Shown here one piece after another: positions 16,881 to 24,623 of a stretch of DNA of 36,842 nucleotides; the first letter of the stretch is position 1, and every line of letters begins with the position of its first letter. The notes beneath the pieces are model-generated. The model did no database searches, was not told where the DNA came from, and was given only the letters and a program-made list of their open reading frames with translations. Source of the stretch: a virus (taxonomy: Duplodnaviria > Caudoviricetes); the IMG/VR virus record IMGVR_UViG_3300017828_000004, positions 1-36,842 of that record. The stretch is one strand, 5' to 3'. The translations under genes were made by a program, and so were the position numbers.

Positions 16881-16882
16881 TA

Positions 16883-17140
16883 ATGTGGAAATTCTGGAAT
16901 GAGAAAAACAGAGATGAAAATCTAGATAGGAATGATGCCTTTAGTATAGGACAACAAGTTTATTATATGCAAGATAATAGTATTAAGAAAGGTGAAGTAA
17001 TGACTGTTGGAATTAAAGAAAAAAGTAGTGGGTCAATAATTAAGTATAGTATTTCTGGTCAGAACTATAATGATATGATTCCTCACAAAAGAGTATCTGA
17101 AAATAAGCAATCACTTATAGAATCAAGATCTTATGACTAA
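16883..17140 (+). CDS. Hypothetical protein (SH3-like barrel possible)
   Basis: FSIGQQVYY...KGEV...IKYSI pattern. Confidence 0.7.
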   Translation: MWKFWNEKNRDENLDRNDAFSIGQQVYYMQDNSIKKGEVMTVGIKEKSSGSIIKYSISGQNYNDMIPHKRVSENKQSLIESRSYD

Positions 17141-17357
17141 TATGATTTGGGATCTTAGAGATAAACTTACAGGATATATTGTTTACAATGAGTTTGCTAG
17201 CAATCTTGCATTATCACTAATGACATTTACTCTTCTTAGTGCATTAATTGCAATTGCACTAGGAACTACAGAAATTAATTTAGCATTTCCATTTTTCTTT
17301 TCTGGATTTGTATTCGTTGCTCTCAGTTCATTTGATTTGATTAAGAGGTATGGATAA
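17133..17357 (+). CDS. Small membrane protein (two hydrophobic segments)
   Basis: LALSLMTFTLLSALIAIALG and LAFPFFFSGFVFVALSSF. Confidence 0.7.
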   Translation: MTNMIWDLRDKLTGYIVYNEFASNLALSLMTFTLLSALIAIALGTTEINLAFPFFFSGFVFVALSSFDLIKRYG

Positions 17358-17562
17358 ACATACTTATGTATTTGTAGCTTCTGTGGATACAGAAGAGACT
17401 GGTTTTAGATGGTTAGAGTTATTTAACGAAGAATGGACTATGACTTCTGATTTATGTCAGGCAACAACTTGTCCAATTGTCTCTGATCTTAGGAGAGATC
17501 TAGAAAAAGATGAAATTACTGATTATACTATTCATCCAGTGAAGCTTAGTGTAATGGAATAA
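17350..17562 (+). CDS. Hypothetical protein
   Basis: 70 aa ORF, overlapping start. Confidence 0.65.
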   Translation: MDKHTYVFVASVDTEETGFRWLELFNEEWTMTSDLCQATTCPIVSDLRRDLEKDEITDYTIHPVKLSVME

Positions 17563-17579
17563 TAAATTAATATAATATA

Positions 17580-19994
17580 ATGAAATTAGGAAACGCGACG
17601 GATACAAAAGTTCAAGGATCGGAAGAGTTTGATTCTCATGATTTTCAGATTAGCAGTGATCAATCTGCTCATATTTTTAGGATGCTAACAAGCTATTCTG
17701 ATCCTATTGCTTCTGTTGTCAGAGAAATTACAAGTAATTGTTTTGATTCACATGAAAGAGCAAGTGTTGATAGAGATGTAGTTGTCGAGATGACAAGAGG
17801 AAGTAAGCTTGAGGGGACTGATGCTGAAATCAGATTTAAGGACTTTGGTGTTGGTCTTCCTCCAGATGAAGTTAAGGAGATCTTTACTGTTCTTGGTGAG
17901 TCTACCAAGAGGGAGACTAATGCAGAAATGGGAGCCTTCGGCATCGGAGCTAAGAGTCCTTTTGGATACATTAGAGAAAAAGATCTTGGAGGATATACTG
18001 TAGATACTTGGGTTGATGGTACTCACTGGCAGTACTTTTTAACTGAAGGTCAGGAAGGTCCACAAATGACAGAGCTTCTTAAGGAGTCCTCTGATCGTAC
18101 AAGTGGAACTACTGTTACAGTACCTATTGCAGATGGAGACTTTTATAGTTTCAAGCGTGCTCTTAGAAGTGAGCTTGCATACTTTGATAACATCACCTTT
18201 GAAGTTAATAGTGTTAGTAGTGACTATACTATTTACAGAGGAGAGAACTTCATCTATAGACCCGATGAAAGTCCTTATGATGAAGTTCATGCCTGCTTTG
18301 GTAAGGTAGCCTATCCACTAGACTTTGATATACTTGATTGGGATACTGGTGGAAGATATAGTACATCTAAAGTAAATGCTCCTGTTGGTCTTCTTTTTGA
18401 TATTGGAGAAATCCAAGTTGTACCCAATAGAGAGAATATTAACTATACTGATAAGACTATTCAGGCTATTGATAACAAGCTTGATGCTGCAAGGAAGGAA
18501 TTTCAAGAGATGTGGGATAATGCTCACAAGGGAATTAAGAGTATTGAAGATCTAATTAATGCTCGTCAAAGTAAGTCAGATACAATGATCTTCATCAATG
18601 AAGATGTATCTGTTCCCTACTGTGATCAGTTACTTCCTGATAATAGTATTAAGATGGACAAGTTTAGTGTCCAACCCCCAAGAGATATTTTTTATAACTA
18701 CGATATTTACAAGTCTGTAGATGAAGATGGATATGTAAATAGTAATGCAAAAACACCAAACTTTAATGATTGTATTGGTGCCTACTCTGATCAAACATAT
18801 CTAGTGGAGACTAAATATAGCTCCAAGAAGAATAGATATATTGCATCCAGATTTGGAGAGGGGCATATAAGAAACTTCTATCTTGCTAAGAAAAGGATGC
18901 ATGATTCGGCAAAACCAAAGTATGTTATTGATGATCCAGCAGAGGATGATTGGGATAAAGATGATGCCGATGATCCTTTTAGTAGATCTAAACCTCCTCT
19001 TGACAATTGCGAAAAGCCTGAACTACACAAAACAAGAGGAAGATATGATAGGAATTGGAAGTTTAGAAATGATGGCAGACCAGAGTATGATGAAATTACT
19101 GAAAGTCAACTGAAGGAAGTTCAAGAATTTGAATCTATGGTTGATAAGTATGTAGAAGATGAACTTAAAGATTACTCTGAATATGAACCATCAGAAGACT
19201 TTGAAGAGTGGGAGAAGAAAAAGAAGAAACAGAAGCAGAAGAATAAAGAGAAAAAGAATGAGAACCAATTTCCTATTAAGATCATCGAGAAGTCTGGTTC
19301 TTATGATGAAGATTACAAGTGGAAAATGGATGACATGAAATATGATAATCTTAATGATTCCACTCTTTATGTATATGGCTTCCAGAAGCATAGTGATGAT
19401 CTCCTAAATCTTGCTCCTATTATCTACTCTAATGATAACTTCTTTTCTTCTGGCCCAAGAAGTTATAGTACTGGAACTATTAAACGTCAAAGAGTTGCTG
19501 TTCTTAAGATAGCAATGAAGAGAGAATATCTATTTGAGGATCTTGATAATGCCTATCATATTGATGACTTCACAGATGGACATAAGGTTATCAATAGGGC
19601 TTTTCATGCTGAATATATTAAAGGTGTTGTAGGATATAGTAGTAGAGATTCAGGATATAAACTACTTAAATTTTTATATCCTAAGATTGATGATCTTAGA
19701 AAAGAGATGTTAAATTTTGCTAATAAGTATAGAGGTATTATAAATCCCTTTGATCAAGATAGGTATGGAGTAGATGTTGATGATAAGACTATTAAGAATT
19801 GGAAGTATTCAGAAGATCAAATTAAACTTATTGATGCTGCAGATGAAGCTATTAAAGACCAACTTCCTCTGATTGAAGGATCAAAAATCTCATTTAATGA
19901 TGAAGATGTGATGGATGAATTTAAAGTCTATATGAAGGCAAAGAATCTTATTCATCCCCGTCTTTGGTGTAAGAGAGAAGGAATTATTGAATAA
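17580..19994 (+). CDS. rIIA: rIIA-like protein (GHKL/Hsp90-type ATPase N-terminus)
   Basis: YSDPIASVVREITSNCFDSH, DFGVGL, GESTKR...GAFGIGAKSPF, GTTVTVP, PNRENINY; followed by an rIIB-like gene. Confidence 0.87.
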   Translation: MKLGNATDTKVQGSEEFDSHDFQISSDQSAHIFRMLTSYSDPIASVVREITSNCFDSHERASVDRDVVVEMTRGSKLEGTDAEIRFKDFGVGLPPDEVKEIFTVLGESTKRETNAEMGAFGIGAKSPFGYIREKDLGGYTVDTWVDGTHWQYFLTEGQEGPQMTELLKESSDRTSGTTVTVPIADGDFYSFKRALRSELAYFDNITFEVNSVSSDYTIYRGENFIYRPDESPYDEVHACFGKVAYPLDFDILDWDTGGRYSTSKVNAPVGLLFDIGEIQVVPNRENINYTDKTIQAIDNKLDAARKEFQEMWDNAHKGIKSIEDLINARQSKSDTMIFINEDVSVPYCDQLLPDNSIKMDKFSVQPPRDIFYNYDIYKSVDEDGYVNSNAKTPNFNDCIGAYSDQTYLVETKYSSKKNRYIASRFGEGHIRNFYLAKKRMHDSAKPKYVIDDPAEDDWDKDDADDPFSRSKPPLDNCEKPELHKTRGRYDRNWKFRNDGRPEYDEITESQLKEVQEFESMVDKYVEDELKDYSEYEPSEDFEEWEKKKKKQKQKNKEKKNENQFPIKIIEKSGSYDEDYKWKMDDMKYDNLNDSTLYVYGFQKHSDDLLNLAPIIYSNDNFFSSGPRSYSTGTIKRQRVAVLKIAMKREYLFEDLDNAYHIDDFTDGHKVINRAFHAEYIKGVVGYSSRDSGYKLLKFLYPKIDDLRKEMLNFANKYRGIINPFDQDRYGVDVDDKTIKNWKYSEDQIKLIDAADEAIKDQLPLIEGSKISFNDEDVMDEFKVYMKAKNLIHPRLWCKREGIIE

Positions 19995-20000
19995 CTCTTT

Positions 20001-20049
20001 ATGTGTGAGGGGATCCATTTCCTCTCACACATGTTGGTATACCACATGT
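20001..20049 (+). promoter_or_regulatory. Intergenic hairpin(s) between rIIA and rIIB
   Basis: atgtgtgagggga...tcctctcacacat (20001-20032), overlapping a second near-palindrome acatgttggtataccacatgt; no U-tract follows. Confidence 0.5.
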
Positions 20050-20076
20050 AAATAGAATAAAAACAAGTACATAGCT

Positions 20077-21378
20077 ATGGATGAATTTCCAAGTGTGAGA
20101 TTCCAGCGTGCTGGAGACCAATTTATTACTGTTATTCTGAGGTACAGTAATGGCACAACTTCCTCAGAAACTTATCGAAAGCGTGAGAATGTTGAAGATA
20201 TTGCAGAAGCTGCAAAAGAGTATGAGTCTACTAGGAAGGAATATGAGAATACTGATAGTCTAAATCAGACACTAGGATTTAGGGAAGAGGTTGAAGAAGC
20301 TTATGATAATCTACTTCAGCTTGTAGAGCCTTACAAGAGATTTGAAGTCCAAGGTATTCTTGAAAAGGATAATCAAGGAAATTATTTCCTTGGTGGATAC
20401 AATACTCCTATTCCTGAGACAATGGCTGATCTTATTGTTGAACATCAGGAAGCAGGATTGGATATTGATCATCTTGTAGAGTTTTGGAAGAAGTGTCTTC
20501 TTAATCCTAATGATCAGGCTAGAGAGGATCTGTTTAAGTATATCAATAATCATGGTATTGTGATTACTGATAATGGATACATGGTTCTCTATAAGGCTGT
20601 GACTACTAAGAATAAGAGAGTACCAGATGATGATCTTGCTCAGTTTGTTGGTGCTGAATATCTAAAGAGAAAGAATTGGGGTAAGAATCCAGCAGATTAT
20701 TATGTATATGAGGCAGAAGAAGAGATTATACTTCCAAATAATCATACAGTAGAAGGTTTATTTGTAAGCAAAATGCCTGCTCTACGAATTAGAGATGATG
20801 TATCTGTATCCGAACCTAATGGAAATGGTTGGACAGTAAAGCAAGTTGTCAATCGTCTTGGTACATTGGAAGAGCTTCATGATGATGTAAATCAGCTATC
20901 TCGTGAATCAGAGACAGTTTATACTGACAAGCATACTCAAACATTTGAGTATAATCTTGGAGAGGCTCATAGTATGCCAAGAGAAGAGTGTGATAGTAAT
21001 CCATCAAGAGGCTGTTCTAGAGGTCTCCATTGTGGTAGCTATGACTATGTGAAGAATTTTGGACACTCTCCTAGTAGAGATGTTATTCAGGCTGTTCTAG
21101 TTAATCCTATGCATGTTGTTGCTATTCCTCATCATGATAGTTCTAAGATTCGTACATGTGAGTTTTATGCATATGGAATCATGGAGAGGGATGAGGATGG
21201 TGTATGGCATGAACTAGAGACTGAATACTTTGAGGAGGATTATGAGGCTCATGAGGAAGAAGATCTTGAAGAACGTCTTAGTGAGATTAGTGGTAGTTTA
21301 GTTGTACAAGATAGTGATCTTGAAGAAGATCAAGTCAATGCTGCTCAAGATCGTCTAGTTGACCTTCGTAATAACTAA
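20077..21378 (+). CDS. rIIB: rIIB-like protein
   Basis: FWKKCLLNP...DLFKY...ITDNGYMVLYKAV; TDKHT, MPREECD, CSRGLHCGSYDY, VNPMHVVAIP, KIRTC. Confidence 0.87.
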   Translation: MDEFPSVRFQRAGDQFITVILRYSNGTTSSETYRKRENVEDIAEAAKEYESTRKEYENTDSLNQTLGFREEVEEAYDNLLQLVEPYKRFEVQGILEKDNQGNYFLGGYNTPIPETMADLIVEHQEAGLDIDHLVEFWKKCLLNPNDQAREDLFKYINNHGIVITDNGYMVLYKAVTTKNKRVPDDDLAQFVGAEYLKRKNWGKNPADYYVYEAEEEIILPNNHTVEGLFVSKMPALRIRDDVSVSEPNGNGWTVKQVVNRLGTLEELHDDVNQLSRESETVYTDKHTQTFEYNLGEAHSMPREECDSNPSRGCSRGLHCGSYDYVKNFGHSPSRDVIQAVLVNPMHVVAIPHHDSSKIRTCEFYAYGIMERDEDGVWHELETEYFEEDYEAHEEEDLEERLSEISGSLVVQDSDLEEDQVNAAQDRLVDLRNN

Positions 21379-21387
21379 ATAAGTTAT

Positions 21388-21430
21388 AAAAGGTAGGTGT
21401 GAAATTGAGTAGCACCTACCTTATTTATAT
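21388..21430 (+). terminator. Probable intrinsic terminator after rIIB
   Basis: aaggtaggtg(21390-21399)/cacctacctt(21413-21422) followed by atttatat. Confidence 0.65.
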
Positions 21431-21432
21431 CT

Positions 21433-21627
21433 ATGTCAAAAACTAAATGGAGGGTGGATAAGGAAGAATATTTTGGTCAATACTGGAATGAGTATGACAC
21501 CTATGGAAGTAAGAAAGTAGCTAAAGAACAGTTTGATAGATTAGAGACAGCTAGACTTGTTAAAATAGAAGAGACTGTTGTAGATAAGAAAGGTAAACTA
21601 ACATCAAATAAATCAAATGAGATATGA
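21433..21627 (+). CDS. Hypothetical protein
   Basis: 64 aa ORF. Confidence 0.65.
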   Translation: MSKTKWRVDKEEYFGQYWNEYDTYGSKKVAKEQFDRLETARLVKIEETVVDKKGKLTSNKSNEI

Positions 21628-21845
21628 GTAAAACAAGTCCAATTAAGAGAGAGGTATCATCTGTATTAATGCATTTTGAAGACTATACATCAGGAGATGA
21701 AGATGAAAACTTTGCACAGGTTACTGAATGGATTAATGGAGAAGGAATTGATGTAGCTTTTGGAGATAGACAAACTATTTCTTTAAGTTATTCTCAATAT
21801 AGAGCACTTCGTAAGATTGTAGATACAAATTTTATTAAACAATAG
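21624..21845 (+). CDS. Hypothetical protein
   Basis: 73 aa, VTEWINGEGID motif, ATGA-coupled. Confidence 0.7.
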   Translation: MSKTSPIKREVSSVLMHFEDYTSGDEDENFAQVTEWINGEGIDVAFGDRQTISLSYSQYRALRKIVDTNFIKQ

Positions 21846-22048
21846 TGGAGGTAATTGAACCTTGGAAGACTTCAAATATAAAGAGTAAATTAGATGATGG
21901 AAAGGAAATTACTGATGATGAATTAGACAATATAATTCATTTTTGGTCTTATATAAATGATGTAGCTGTAAACTTTAACTATAATCTTTTGATGAAGGAG
22001 AGTAATAGAAAAGTTCAAAAATATAGTAGAATAAAAGCTAATAGATAA
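21845..22048 (+). CDS. Hypothetical protein (GTG start)
   Basis: TAGTG stop/start overlap; 67 aa. Confidence 0.6.
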   Translation: MEVIEPWKTSNIKSKLDDGKEITDDELDNIIHFWSYINDVAVNFNYNLLMKESNRKVQKYSRIKANR

Positions 22049-22049
22049 A

Positions 22050-22502
22050 ATGGCTAAAGATAAACTTCTTGTAGATATTGAATGCTGTCACAAGGATGCT
22101 GAATTACCTGAATACCAGAATGAAGGAGATGCTGGAATGGATCTTAAGGCTGTTGAGAAAATTAAAGACACATATTCTCGACTTTGGTTTAGAACTGGAT
22201 TAAAGATTGCTATTCCAAGAGGATATGTTGGATTAATTTATCCAAGATCATCTATTACAGAAACAAATCTAGAATTAGGAAACTCTGTCGGAGTTATTGA
22301 CTCTGGATATAGAGGGGAAATTGAAGTTAGATTTAATAAGAATTCAGAAGTTGGCTCAACTTATCAGGGGTATAGTGTGGGTGACAGAGTAGCCCAACTT
22401 ATTATCATGCCTTATCCAAGTGTTGAATTTCTTGAAGTTAATAGTCTTAATTTTGATAGTGATAGGGGTTCTCAAGGATTTGGATCTACTGATGATAAAT
22501 AA
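22050..22502 (+). CDS. dut: Trimeric dUTPase
   Basis: All five motifs present: AGMDL, PRSS, GVIDSGYRGE, RVAQL, RGSQGFGST. Confidence 0.96.
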   Translation: MAKDKLLVDIECCHKDAELPEYQNEGDAGMDLKAVEKIKDTYSRLWFRTGLKIAIPRGYVGLIYPRSSITETNLELGNSVGVIDSGYRGEIEVRFNKNSEVGSTYQGYSVGDRVAQLIIMPYPSVEFLEVNSLNFDSDRGSQGFGSTDDK

Positions 22503-22825
22503 TGAAAGATCAATTTAGTTACTTAGAGGTGGAAATAGAAGAAAATAGAAAAGATGAAGAGTCAAATTATATCTGTATTAGATTTTCTCTTTATGATGAA
22601 GATGATTTAGAATTTATTGATCAATATGATTTTCATATTACATATAATGAATGGCAACCTGATCATAAAATTGGTTTTTACTTTGAAGATGTGTATATAG
22701 CAAATGAGATTGCTAAAGAGATTGAAAGAATGCAGTTTGATAGATCTAGAGGAGAAGAATCTTCTACAGATAGAGTTGGATATTTTGGAATGTTAGTTTC
22801 TGCACTTCATCAATTTGTATATTAA
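22502..22825 (+). CDS. Acidic hypothetical protein
   Basis: 107 aa, TAATG-coupled. Confidence 0.7.
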   Translation: MKDQFSYLEVEIEENRKDEESNYICIRFSLYDEDDLEFIDQYDFHITYNEWQPDHKIGFYFEDVYIANEIAKEIERMQFDRSRGEESSTDRVGYFGMLVSALHQFVY

Positions 22826-22830
22826 TAAAT

Positions 22831-23010
22831 ATGAAATGGAAAGTATATAGAGATGCTGGAAGTGGTAAAGCAGTAGTTGGAGAATATGAAAGTGATAATG
22901 CAAAAAGAGTTGATAGTTTTTTGTGGTTGTTTGATTACACAAAAAATGATGAAGATATTAAAACTGTTGCCTATATTCCCTTGAATAAATACATTGTTGA
23001 AAGAGTATGA
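22831..23010 (+). CDS. Small hypothetical protein (59 aa)
   Basis: MKWKVYRDAGSGKAVVGEYESD...YIVERV*; ATGA overlap with the next ORF. Confidence 0.65.
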   Translation: MKWKVYRDAGSGKAVVGEYESDNAKRVDSFLWLFDYTKNDEDIKTVAYIPLNKYIVERV

Positions 23011-23231
23011 AATATAGACTTGTATTTACTGATCTTAGGAGTAATAATTCTATTATTAGTGCTGTATATGAAACTGATGGTTCCAAAGAAGATATGAGAG
23101 ACTATTATATGGATCTTCTAGAAAGAGGTGCTATTGTACTATCTCTACAGAGAAAGACTGGAAGTGAAGTAGTTATTGGAAGTGAATCTGTATCTAATGG
23201 AATGATTGAGATTAAAGAGGTAGATAAATAA
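23007..23231 (+). CDS. Hypothetical protein
   Basis: 74 aa ORF. Confidence 0.65.
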   Translation: MKYRLVFTDLRSNNSIISAVYETDGSKEDMRDYYMDLLERGAIVLSLQRKTGSEVVIGSESVSNGMIEIKEVDK

Positions 23232-23232
23232 T

Positions 23233-23853
23233 ATGAATAAAATCAAAGGCTTCTTATGGTTTTATTTCTTCACATCTTTAATATGTATTTCTGCTCTTCT
23301 AATGTTTAACTCTCAAAAGTCATCTACAATATCTGATCTAAAGGATGTTAATCAAAATCTAGAATACAAAAATACATATCTATCTGAAAGACTATCTCAA
23401 ACTAAAGATAGTCTAAAATATGCAACTTCAGAGGATGTTCTTTGGCTATCAAGAATTCTTTACACAGAAACAGGTAAGCCTCTGGAGATGTACTATATTG
23501 CCCATGTAGTCAAAAACAGGGTTGAGACATGTTATAATGGAGAGTGTAGCTATAAGAGAGTTGCACTTGATCCCTATGAGTTCTCAGCATTTAATCCTGA
23601 TAGAGAACTTAGATGGTACTATGCAAAGATGAATAGGGATAATGTCTACAATCCTGGTAAATGGGCTGCTGCTAAACAAGTAGCTCTTGATGTTTATATG
23701 AGTCCTTATGATCCAACTCAGGGTGGAACTCATTTCTTTTCTCAAGTAGGAATGCCAAATGGAGAATTTCCACATTGGGCTTATCATGGAGAAGAGATAG
23801 AACTTTCAACCGTATCTGAAAAGAGACTTAGAATTTATAAAAACGTAGACTAA
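23233..23853 (+). CDS. Membrane-anchored SleB-like cell wall hydrolase (Hydrolase_2)
   Basis: N-terminal hydrophobic segment and coiled coil; LSRILYTE, AHVVKNRV, YEFS, DPTQGGTHF, PHW. Confidence 0.85.
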   Translation: MNKIKGFLWFYFFTSLICISALLMFNSQKSSTISDLKDVNQNLEYKNTYLSERLSQTKDSLKYATSEDVLWLSRILYTETGKPLEMYYIAHVVKNRVETCYNGECSYKRVALDPYEFSAFNPDRELRWYYAKMNRDNVYNPGKWAAAKQVALDVYMSPYDPTQGGTHFFSQVGMPNGEFPHWAYHGEEIELSTVSEKRLRIYKNVD

Positions 23854-23889
23854 CTATATTATTATAACAAAAACAAGAGGTGATTAACC

Positions 23890-24141
23890 ATTCCTAGATA
23901 TAAATATCGAAATGAAGAAGGAGAAGAATTTATTCTAACACATTCTGTAGAGGAATTACCACTTGAAGAGCATCCTGAAACAGGAGAACCTATTGAAAGA
24001 ATATTTGATAGTGATAGTATTCTATTTAAATTTAAGGGGACTGGATTCCATAGCACTGACTACAACGATCATGGTCCCAAAGAAGATGATGTAATGGAAA
24101 ATAAGGCAGATCCAGATAAGAAGACACATAACTATAAATAA
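23890..24141 (+). CDS. FmdB-family regulator-like protein, cysteine-free, probable ATT start (83 aa; missed by ORF track)
   Basis: (M)PRYKYRNEEGEEF...LEEHPETGEPIERIF...FKFKGTGFHSTDY; SD GAGGTGA at 23877-23883; in-frame TGA three codons upstream. Confidence 0.78.
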   Translation: MPRYKYRNEEGEEFILTHSVEELPLEEHPETGEPIERIFDSDSILFKFKGTGFHSTDYNDHGPKEDDVMENKADPDKKTHNYK

Positions 24142-24143
24142 AA

Positions 24144-24458
24144 ATGTATAAATTATACAAAGTAGATTTTCCATCTGTTTATATTACTGCTCAGAGTGAT
24201 GAGGATGCAGAGGACTTTTTAAATTCTGAACTTAATGATTGTCCTTTTGTATCTGATTTGGAAAATTATACACTCTCTCCAGTAACAAAAGAAGATGATA
24301 TTAAATATGATACTATAGATACAGAAGAATATCTTCCTTATGGACAACCAGACGGAATGGAAATGTCAGCTAAACAACTGTTAAAGGTATCTAAACTAGT
24401 TAAGGATTTAAGTAATGAACAACTTGTACTTCTAAAAGACCTACTAAAACATGAGTGA
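24144..24458 (+). CDS. Hypothetical protein
   Basis: 104 aa acidic ORF. Confidence 0.7.
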   Translation: MYKLYKVDFPSVYITAQSDEDAEDFLNSELNDCPFVSDLENYTLSPVTKEDDIKYDTIDTEEYLPYGQPDGMEMSAKQLLKVSKLVKDLSNEQLVLLKDLLKHE

Positions 24459-24615
24459 TAAAGTATATAAGATTCTGAATATGGTTGTTGTAATTGGAAT
24501 AGTTAGTGTATACTTCAGTATAGAAAGCAATATGGAAATCATTGCATTTGCTTCTATAATTATTGCAATGGAGATGGTGTTTATCGGAGATAGAATAAGA
24601 TCACTTAATAAATAA
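24451..24615 (+). CDS. Small two-TM membrane protein (54 aa)
   Basis: ILNMVVVIGIVSVYF and IIAFASIIIAMEMVFIG. Confidence 0.6.
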   Translation: MSDKVYKILNMVVVIGIVSVYFSIESNMEIIAFASIIIAMEMVFIGDRIRSLNK

Positions 24616-24623
24616 AATATAAT

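Noticed and set aside
19210-19262. A/G-rich low-complexity run in rIIA as a tandem repeat or slippage site
   Set aside because: It encodes an in-frame Lys/Gln/Glu-rich linker, and the reading frame is uninterrupted.
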